A DNA stretch of 64,000 bases from assembly GCA_963699755.1 (NCBI GenBank), contig CAVOVB010000004.1, forward strand, positions 64,001 through 128,000, read 5' to 3'. This document shows, piece by piece, positions 56,558-64,000 of this stretch (positions within the stretch are counted from its first letter, which is position 1; every line of letters begins with the position of its first letter). The position numbers and the translations under genes were made by a program. The notes below the pieces were generated by a model. The model worked only from the letters and a program-made list of their open reading frames with translations. It had not been told where the DNA came from and did no database searches. Source of the stretch: an uncultured delta proteobacterium (GTDB lineage Bacteria; Myxococcota_A; Polyangia; Polyangiales; Houyiibacteriaceae).

Positions 56558-58774
56558 TTGCCCGTGGAGGATTGGCAGTGGCAACTCGGGATCTGGGGAG
56601 GCAACACGACAGCCTGGGTACTGGGGCTCGCCCTCTTGGTGCTCTGGCTCGTCGAGCTCAGGTCCATTCGCGGCGAGAGCGACCGAAAGCGTCGATTCAC
56701 CCTGGCTGCCCTCGGCGGGCTAGGCATATTGTCGGTCTATCTGCTTGCCCTGCAGGTCACACTAGTCCGCGAGACCTTTGAGGATGTAGCGGGGAGCACG
56801 GCCATCGTCCTCGACAACTCGCGAAGCATGACGCTCTCCGGCTCACATGGTGCCCGGAGCGACGCTGCGCAGGCGCTGATCGGCGAGTGGCAGAAGGACG
56901 ATCGGATCAGTCCAGTGGTCTATCTCTTCGGCGCGACTGTGCGCGCCACGGCTTGGAATGGGCTTGCGCAAAGCTATGAGCCTTCCGACGATGAGACCAA
57001 GATCCGCAACGCGCTCAGCTACGTTCTTGGAAAGGGTGCGGAACGAGAGCTCGGCTCTCTCGTCCTGATCACCGATGGCGCCGACCCCAGCTTTCGCGCG
57101 GAGACGGTCGCGCTCGGTCCAAACGCGCCGGTGATTCACAGTATCGTCGTCGGCGGCGACGACCCCCTCGACGACCAAGCCATCGTGTCGCTTCAGGCCG
57201 ACACGACCGCATACGTCGGCGTGCCTGCAATCATTCGCGTCAATGTCCGCGCGGTGGGTGACTTGCAGACTGCCGAGCTTCGCGTCCAACTCTGGCACGA
57301 AAGCCGGCTCGAACAGGAGGCCGTCGCGACACTCGATGCAAGTGGCCGCGGCGCCTTGGCTTTCGAGGTGACCCCACAGCGCACTGGACGCTCCCTTTAC
57401 CGACTCCTGATTCCAGTGGCCGCAAACGACGAGGTGCCCCAAAACAACGATCGGGCGGCACTGCTAAGGGTTGGCCGAGAGCGCCTGCGCGCACTGCTGG
57501 TTGCCGGGCGTCCGACTTGGGACGTTCGATTCCTGCGAGACTTCCTGAAGCGAGACAGCTCGGTCGACCTGGTGTCGTTCTTCATTTTGCGCGCGGCGGC
57601 GGATTTGACCGCTGCGCCGACCAACGAGCTGGCCTTGATCCCGTTTCCCACCGACGAGCTCTTCCGAGAGCATCTCGGCAGCTTTGATGTCGTCATCTTC
57701 CAGAACTTCGATTACGCGCCGTACGAGATGCAGACTTACTTGCCTCGCATCAAAGAGTATGTGCAGCGGGGTGGCTCGTTCGTGATGATCGGTGGAGATC
57801 GCTCCTTCGCCGAAGGGCGCTACACCGGCACGGCCATCGAACAGATCTTGCCAGTCAAGCTCGGAGCGCCTGGCGCGCTCAAGGGCAGCTACCGGGCCGA
57901 GGTCAGCAAGGCGCTCGCACGCCATCCCATCGTCGCACTCGGTCCCGACCCAGGCCTCACCAGGCAGACCTGGAGAGCGCTCCCCGCCTTGTACGGGGCC
58001 AACATGGTGAGCGCGGTCAAAGAGGGGGCTCAGGTCCTGCTCGAGCACCCGCGGGCGCGGATCCAGGGAGGCGCCCGGCTTCCGATTCTCGTGGTGGGCG
58101 AGTCGGGTAGGGGGCGAGTTGCGGCATTGACCAGCGATTCGACCTGGCGGTGGCGCTTTGCGGGGGACGATAGCGCGGTTGGCTCCGACGAATACGAGCT
58201 TTTCTGGGATCGGATGATTCGCTGGTTAACCCACGACCCGCTTCTCGAGCCGGCGCGGATCTCGACCGACAGGGAACGCTACGGGATTGGCAGCGAGCTC
58301 GTGATTTCCGGAAAGCTCCGTGACAAGAGCTATCGGCCGATGGAGAAGGCCCGCGTCGAGCTGCAGTTTCAGCCGGCGGTCCAGGATGAAGCCATTGCGG
58401 TCGTCGACACCGATGAAGACGGCCAGATTCAGGCCACGGTCCGCGCACCCACCGAGCCAGGCGCATATGAAATCGTCGCCTCGGTCGAGAACGAGGACGT
58501 GGCGCGCGAAGTGTTCGTCGTCGAGCAGAGCGGGGATGAGCTTGCAGACCTCGAAGCGAGGCCCGCAGAGCTCGAAGCGCTGGCGAATGAGACAGGCGGC
58601 CGAATGTTCCTCGGCATGCAAGACGTGCCGCCGCTCTTCGAGCTTGCATCCAACATGCGCCGTGCCGCCGGACTGACGTCGAAGCAGCCGCTTTCGAAGC
58701 CCTGGTTCATCGCGCTGACAGTGCTGCTGCTCGGCGCGACCTGGATGCTGAGAAGACGTTGGGGGCGGCGCTAG
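56558..58774 (+). CDS. Membrane protein with vWA-like and glutamine amidotransferase-like domains
   Basis: N-terminal TM segments, LDNSRSM and TDG MIDAS-like motifs, DLVSFFILR..ELALIPFPT.ELF, YV..GG, WRW, C-terminal TM-W.LRRR. Confidence 0.85.
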   Translation: MPVEDWQWQLGIWGGNTTAWVLGLALLVLWLVELRSIRGESDRKRRFTLAALGGLGILSVYLLALQVTLVRETFEDVAGSTAIVLDNSRSMTLSGSHGARSDAAQALIGEWQKDDRISPVVYLFGATVRATAWNGLAQSYEPSDDETKIRNALSYVLGKGAERELGSLVLITDGADPSFRAETVALGPNAPVIHSIVVGGDDPLDDQAIVSLQADTTAYVGVPAIIRVNVRAVGDLQTAELRVQLWHESRLEQEAVATLDASGRGALAFEVTPQRTGRSLYRLLIPVAANDEVPQNNDRAALLRVGRERLRALLVAGRPTWDVRFLRDFLKRDSSVDLVSFFILRAAADLTAAPTNELALIPFPTDELFREHLGSFDVVIFQNFDYAPYEMQTYLPRIKEYVQRGGSFVMIGGDRSFAEGRYTGTAIEQILPVKLGAPGALKGSYRAEVSKALARHPIVALGPDPGLTRQTWRALPALYGANMVSAVKEGAQVLLEHPRARIQGGARLPILVVGESGRGRVAALTSDSTWRWRFAGDDSAVGSDEYELFWDRMIRWLTHDPLLEPARISTDRERYGIGSELVISGKLRDKSYRPMEKARVELQFQPAVQDEAIAVVDTDEDGQIQATVRAPTEPGAYEIVASVENEDVAREVFVVEQSGDELADLEARPAELEALANETGGRMFLGMQDVPPLFELASNMRRAAGLTSKQPLSKPWFIALTVLLLGATWMLRRRWGRR

Positions 58775-58777
58775 GTC

Positions 58778-61700
58778 ATGCGGCCCACCAAGCTACGCGG
58801 CGCGCGGACCAACAACCTCCGGTCGATCGACCTCGACATCGAGCCCGGCACCTATGTTGCGATTGTGGGGCCTTCCGGGTCCGGTAAGTCCTCACTCGCC
58901 TTCAAGACCCTCTATGCCGAGGGCCAGCGCCGATACGTCGAGAGCTTCAGTGCCTACGCGCGGCAGTTTCTCGAGCGGCTCTCGCGGCCGCCGGTCGACG
59001 AGCTCGATCCCGTCCCGGTCGGAATCGCCGTCGATCGTCAGGCGCCTGTGCGGACGAGTCGCTCGACCGTCGGCACGATGACCGAAATCGCCGACTACGC
59101 GAAGCATCTCTGGGCGCATGCGGCCGAGCTTCATTGCCCGGGTTGCGGGGCACTGGTTCACCGGGATGCGCCGACGCGTGCCGCTCAGAGCGTGATGAGC
59201 GAGGTGCCAGGCGAGAAGATCTTGGTGACCTATCCCGTCGCGGTCGCCGACGCAGAGCACTTCATTGGCGTTCGCGAAGGCTTGCTCCGTGACGGTTATC
59301 GACGCGTTCGTGTCGGGGGCGAGGTTCGCGACCTCGAGACCCTTCGGCCGAGCGAGGTGACGAACGGTCGAAGCACGCACCTCGACGTCATCGCGGACCG
59401 AACCGTGGCGCGCCCAAGAGACCAGGCCCGGCTCGTCGAAGCCCTGGAGGACGCGATGCGCAGAGGCGCCGGCCGCGCCACCGTCTGGACCGCCGAGGGG
59501 ACGAATCTCGGGTTCTCCGAAGGGCTGCACTGCCCCCGCTGCGACCGCTCCTTCCGACGCGCGACGCCGGGGCTCTTCAGCTTCAACAGCCCCATCGGCG
59601 CGTGCGAAACCTGCCGCGGCTTCGGACGCACCATCGAGATCGACCTCGACCGCGTGATTCCGGACTACGACTTGTCTCCCGATGAAGGTGCGATTCGTGC
59701 CTGGCAGGGCAAGGCAACGACCTGGGAACGCCGCGAGCTCAAGAAGAACGCGAAGAAGGCTGGCATTCCGCTCGGTAAACCGCTGCGCAATTGGACGCCT
59801 GAGCAGCTCGACTGGCTCATCGAAGGCGACGAGGTCGGCTACCCCAAGGGTTGGTGGGGGATCCGTAGCTGGTTCAAGTGGATGGAATCACGCGCCTACA
59901 AGATGCACGTTCGCGTCTTCCTGTCTCGCTATCGAAAATATGAAACGTGCAGCGACTGCCACGGCACGCGCCTCAGACCCGAAGCGCTGGCGTGGCATAT
60001 CGATGGACTGAGCCTGCCGGAGCTCTACGGGCTCCCGTCCTCGAAAGCGCTTTCATTTCTCGAAAAGCAAGAGGCCCGGTTTCGAGGTGATACTGGCGCC
60101 GGCCTGCTTTGGCGGGAGGCGATTGGCCGACTTCGTGCGTTGCATGACGTCGGCCTCGGCTACCTTTCGCTCGATCGGACGTCTCGAACGCTCTCGGGGG
60201 GCGAAACCCAGCGGGTGGCCTTGACCAGTGCGCTCGGGGCGACGCTCAACGGGGCAATGTTCGTTCTCGACGAGCCGACGGTGGGCTTGCACCCGCGCGA
60301 CGTGGAGCGGCTGCTGGGCGTGGTCCGGGCGCTGTCCAAGGATGACAACGTCGCGTTGGTCGTGGAGCACGATCGGGAGATGATCCTCGGCGCGGACCGG
60401 GTGATCGAGCTCGGCCCCGAAGCCGGCGAGAGGGGTGGGCAAATCGTCTTCGACGGTACCCCGGCGGCGCTCCGCAAGGTCAAGACCGCAACGGGCGCAG
60501 CTCTCGCGGCGAACGGAGAGGTGAAGCGCAGCCGACGAGAAGCCAAGGGCTGGATCGAGCTGAAGCATGCAACCGGGCACAACCTCCGCGCGGTGGACGC
60601 TTCCTTCCCACGGGGGGTGATGACCTGCGTGACCGGCGTGAGCGGCTCGGGCAAGAGCAGCTTGGTCCTCGAGACTCTACTGCCTGCCGTTCAACGCAAG
60701 CTTGGCTTGAAGTCCGATGGGGCGCCGCTCGAGCACGCGAGCATTACGGGCTATGCCGCACTCCACGGCGTCGTCGGCGTCGATCAGGCTCCACTGGGCC
60801 GAACTTCACGCGGAAATGCAGCGACATATTTGAAGATTTGGGACGTCTTTCGAAATCGCTTTGCCGAGCAGCCGCTCTCGAGGGAGCGAGGATACAAGCC
60901 CGGATTCTTCTCTTTCAACGTGACCGGTGGACGCTGTGAAGCCTGCCGAGGTGATGGAGCGGAGACGGTCGAGATGCAGTTCTTGGCCGATGTGGTGTTC
61001 AGTTGCCCCGAGTGCCAGGGGCGCCGCTTCGTCGGGCCAGTCCTCGATGTCCGGTACATGGGTCTCGACATCGCCCAGCTCCTCGAGCTCACCGCGCGAC
61101 AGGCCTCCGAGCACTTCATCGATGACGCCCTGGTCGCCCGGGCGCTTCGGCCCATGCTCGACGTCGGCCTCGGATACCTCCGCCTCGGCCAGCCACTCAA
61201 CACCCTATCGGGTGGTGAAGCTCAGCGCCTCAAACTCGCCGCGGCGTTGCTTCGGGCCGCGCCCGGCTCTCTGTTGATCTTCGACGAACCGACCGCCGGG
61301 CTTCATGCCAACGACGTCGAGCCTTTGATCGAGGTCCTCGACGACCTGGTCGACCGAGGCGATACCGTGGTGGTCGTCGAGCACGACATGCAGGTCGCAG
61401 CCCATGCAGACCACGTCATCGATCTCGGACCGGGCGCCGGTATGGAAGGCGGCAAGGTCGTCGCGAGCGGCACCCCTGAAAAGGTGGCGCGGAAGAAGGC
61501 GTCACAGACCGCTCCGTACCTCGCTCGGGCGCTCGGGATCGCGTCCAAGAGCGAACGCAGTGGCACGCCGAAGAGGGCCAAGCCGCAGAGCGCGCCGCTT
61601 CGAGAGATCCGAATCGCGGGAGCGCGCGAGCACAACCTGAAGAACATCACGGTTCACATCCCCCGAGACGAGCTGGTGGTGCTGACCGGGCCGAGTGGTA

Positions 61701-64000
61701 GCGGCAAGAGCACCTTGGCGTTCGACGTGCTTTTCGCGGAGGGGCAGCGGCGATATCTGGAAACGCTTTCTCCTTACGCGCGTCAATACATGCCTCAACT
61801 TCCGCGGCCTTCAGTAGACCAGGTGGTGGGTGTGCCGCCCAGCGTCTCACTCGAACAGCGCATGACGCGGGCAGGGGCCAACTCGACGGTCGCCACGGTG
61901 ACGGAAGTCTCGCACTACCTCCGTTTGATTTGGGCGCGCATCGGGATTCTGCATTGCGTCGACTGCAAAATGCCGATCGCGCCCCGGCCGCCAACACAGC
62001 TGATCGAGGACGTGGATCGTCGTTTCGGCACCCGGGAGGTGACGCTGCTCGCGCCCGTCGTGCGCGGTCGAAAGGGCATCCATCGCGAGCTCCTCAACAA
62101 AGCGATGAAGGACGGCTTCGCCGAGGCACGGATCGACGGAGAGATTGAGAGCCTCGCGCCCGGCATGAAGCTCGACCGCTACAGCGAACATGACGTCGAG
62201 CTGGTCATCGGACGCGCGCCCGCCACGAGCACCAGCTTGCTCGAGCTTCTCGAAAAGGCGTTGAAAGTCGGCGACGGCGCGGCCTGGGCCATCGCTGGAA
62301 AGGACGAGATGCGGCTTTCGAGCAAGCGCGCTTGTCCGAGCTGTGGTGTCGGCTATCCGGAGCTCGATCCTCGCTTCTTCTCGTTCAACACGCGGCAGGG
62401 CCAGTGCCCGGCATGCGAAGGCCGGGGCGAGATCGTGAAGAAGAGCCGGCGTGGCCGGGGACTCAAGAAGGCGGTCGAAACACGACTCTGTGACCAGTGC
62501 GACCAGACTCGCCTTTCACCGCTCGCGCGCGGAGTCACCGTCGATGACATGCCGATCACCACGCTTTTCGAGCAGAGCGTCGCCGAGGCGGTCGAAACCC
62601 TGCGTGAGCTCGATCTCGGCGGCAGGGACGCGACCATCGCGAAGACGCCTTTGCACGAAGCGCTTCGCCGGCTTTCGTTTCTCGAAGAGGTCGGCCTCGG
62701 CTACCTCGGGCTCGGCCGCGCGGCCAGCACGCTGAGCGGGGGCGAGATGCAACGGGTACGCTTGGCGGCTCAGCTCGGGAGCGGCCTCACCGGTGTGCTC
62801 TACGTCCTCGATGAGCCGACCATCGGTCTGCATCCGCGCGACACGGGGCGTCTTCTCGGCGCGCTTCGCGGCTTGGTCGAGCGCGGGAACTCGGTCCTCG
62901 TCGTCGAGCACGATGCCGACACGATTCGTGCCGCCGACACCGTCATCGACGTGGGACCCGGAGGCGGCAAGCACGGCGGCCGGATCATCGCGCAGGGAGC
63001 CCTCAGCAAGATGAAGGGCTCGATCACGGCGGCCGCCCTCGAGCGGCCCCCCAACATTCCCGCCAAGCGTCGTCAGATGCGAAACGCTTCCTGGCTCGAG
63101 CTGACCGGCGTGGAACACCACAACCTGATGAACGTGGACGTTCGATTCCCTCTCGAGCGCTTTGTGGCCGTCACAGGCGTCAGCGGCTCCGGCAAGAGCT
63201 CCTTGGTCCGGGAGGTCTTGCTCCGCGCGACCCGCGAAGCCGTTGGGATGGTCAACGACCTGCCCCCTGGAAAATTCGCTACGATCGAAGGCTTCGAGTT
63301 GCTCAAGCGCGCCATCGAGATCGATCAGAGCCCGATCGGACGGACGCCACGTTCGGTGCCCGCAACGTACGTCGGCATCTGGGACACGGTACGCCAGCTC
63401 CTAGCAGGGACCGCAGAGGCGCGTGCTCGCGGATACACTCCAAGCCGCTTTTCGTTCAACGTCGAAGAAGGCCGTTGTCCGGAATGCAAAGGGCAGGGTT
63501 CGATTCATGTCGAGATGGCGTTTCTGCCCGACGTCGACGTGCCTTGCGAGACCTGCAGCGGGATGCGCTTCACACCCGAGACGCTCTCGGTACGCTGGCA
63601 GGGGCTCAACGCCGGGCAGCTGCTGGAGCTCGAGGTTGCCGAAGCGGTCGAGGTGTTCTCGCCCGTCAGGAAGATCCGCGAGCCACTCCAGCTCCTCGAC
63701 GAGCTCGGCCTCGGTTATCTACACCTCGGCCAGGCCTCGAACACGCTCAGCGGTGGTGAAGCGCAACGAATCAAGCTCGTCTCCGAGTTGGCGGCGGGGC
63801 TCCATAACGGACCCACGCTCTACGTGATGGACGAACCGACAACCGGTCTTCACCGCGACGATGTCGAGCGCCTTCTCACCGTGCTCGATCGTCTGGTCGA
63901 GCGAGGAGACACCGTCGCTGTGATCGAGCATCACCCCGATGTCATGCTAGCGGCCGACTGGGTCGTCGATCTCGGACCGGAAGGCGGGATTCACGGCGGC
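58778..64000 (+). CDS. uvrA: Double-length excinuclease ABC subunit A (two fused UvrA modules); runs off the right edge
   Basis: Not in the track because there is no stop. Open frame from ATG 58778: GARTNNL, four Walker A ([16 protein letters not shown] twice over), four LSGGE/DEP sets, Zn fingers; second GAREHNL in frame at ~61619. Confidence 0.95.
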   Translation, partial: MRPTKLRGARTNNLRSIDLDIEPGTYVAIVGPSGSGKSSLAFKTLYAEGQRRYVESFSAYARQFLERLSRPPVDELDPVPVGIAVDRQAPVRTSRSTVGTMTEIADYAKHLWAHAAELHCPGCGALVHRDAPTRAAQSVMSEVPGEKILVTYPVAVADAEHFIGVREGLLRDGYRRVRVGGEVRDLETLRPSEVTNGRSTHLDVIADRTVARPRDQARLVEALEDAMRRGAGRATVWTAEGTNLGFSEGLHCPRCDRSFRRATPGLFSFNSPIGACETCRGFGRTIEIDLDRVIPDYDLSPDEGAIRAWQGKATTWERRELKKNAKKAGIPLGKPLRNWTPEQLDWLIEGDEVGYPKGWWGIRSWFKWMESRAYKMHVRVFLSRYRKYETCSDCHGTRLRPEALAWHIDGLSLPELYGLPSSKALSFLEKQEARFRGDTGAGLLWREAIGRLRALHDVGLGYLSLDRTSRTLSGGETQRVALTSALGATLNGAMFVLDEPTVGLHPRDVERLLGVVRALSKDDNVALVVEHDREMILGADRVIELGPEAGERGGQIVFDGTPAALRKVKTATGAALAANGEVKRSRREAKGWIELKHATGHNLRAVDASFPRGVMTCVTGVSGSGKSSLVLETLLPAVQRKLGLKSDGAPLEHASITGYAALHGVVGVDQAPLGRTSRGNAATYLKIWDVFRNRFAEQPLSRERGYKPGFFSFNVTGGRCEACRGDGAETVEMQFLADVVFSCPECQGRRFVGPVLDVRYMGLDIAQLLELTARQASEHFIDDALVARALRPMLDVGLGYLRLGQPLNTLSGGEAQRLKLAAALLRAAPGSLLIFDEPTAGLHANDVEPLIEVLDDLVDRGDTVVVVEHDMQVAAHADHVIDLGPGAGMEGGKVVASGTPEKVARKKASQTAPYLARALGIASKSERSGTPKRAKPQSAPLREIRIAGAREHNLKNITVHIPRDELVVLTGPSGSGKSTLAFDVLFAEGQRRYLETLSPYARQYMPQLPRPSVDQVVGVPPSVSLEQRMTRAGANSTVATVTEVSHYLRLIWARIGILHCVDCKMPIAPRPPTQLIEDVDRRFGTREVTLLAPVVRGRKGIHRELLNKAMKDGFAEARIDGEIESLAPGMKLDRYSEHDVELVIGRAPATSTSLLELLEKALKVGDGAAWAIAGKDEMRLSSKRACPSCGVGYPELDPRFFSFNTRQGQCPACEGRGEIVKKSRRGRGLKKAVETRLCDQCDQTRLSPLARGVTVDDMPITTLFEQSVAEAVETLRELDLGGRDATIAKTPLHEALRRLSFLEEVGLGYLGLGRAASTLSGGEMQRVRLAAQLGSGLTGVLYVLDEPTIGLHPRDTGRLLGALRGLVERGNSVLVVEHDADTIRAADTVIDVGPGGGKHGGRIIAQGALSKMKGSITAAALERPPNIPAKRRQMRNASWLELTGVEHHNLMNVDVRFPLERFVAVTGVSGSGKSSLVREVLLRATREAVGMVNDLPPGKFATIEGFELLKRAIEIDQSPIGRTPRSVPATYVGIWDTVRQLLAGTAEARARGYTPSRFSFNVEEGRCPECKGQGSIHVEMAFLPDVDVPCETCSGMRFTPETLSVRWQGLNAGQLLELEVAEAVEVFSPVRKIREPLQLLDELGLGYLHLGQASNTLSGGEAQRIKLVSELAAGLHNGPTLYVMDEPTTGLHRDDVERLLTVLDRLVERGDTVAVIEHHPDVMLAADWVVDLGPEGGIHGG

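Noticed and set aside
474..63934. Many long overlapping or antisense ORFs (e.g. 474-1475, 7614-8843, 24524-25801, 44395-45480)
   Set aside because: Expected from stop-codon scarcity in high-GC DNA; they lack motifs and overlap well-supported genes.
1..64000. CRISPR arrays, tRNA/rRNA, IS elements, prophage or defence systems
   Set aside because: No regularly spaced repeats, cloverleafs, or transposase, integrase or nuclease motifs seen by eye; a dedicated scan was not possible.

Overview
This is a GC-rich, gene-dense chromosomal backbone segment. It is most likely from a myxobacterium (Myxococcota); this is inferred from a MYXO-CTERM-like tail, DAG repeats, a Ser/Thr kinase, a sigma54 activator and an HTH-pilMNOPQ arrangement. 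In order, the window contains: the 5' part of aminopeptidase P; an AGCS amino-acid symporter; a collapsed C25 (gingipain-like) peptidase pseudogene; a partial complex I operon (nuoABCD-G-H-I, lacking nuoE/F and J-N, with an ~85-aa hydrophobic insertion in NuoH); recQ; amrB/amrS; LysR with a divergent small ORF; a 1380-aa Ig/beta-helix surface lipoprotein; metB, ihfB, tyrS, gshA and pyrE; a lipoprotein/HEAT/PPIase/kinase cluster; rsmA; a 56-aa ORF missed by the track, in front of a TPR-GAF sigma54 activator; HTH-pilMNOPQ-aroKB; sppA; deoC; a thioredoxin-rhodanese fusion; apbE; a DUF4159/GATase pair; and a double-length UvrA running off the right edge. I found no rRNA, tRNA, CRISPR array, transposase, integrase or phage gene, and no clearly new multi-gene system. 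The best leads are the modified NuoH and split complex I, two small-ORF/regulator modules, and the asymmetric double UvrA. All family calls come from motif recognition by eye; no database was searched.
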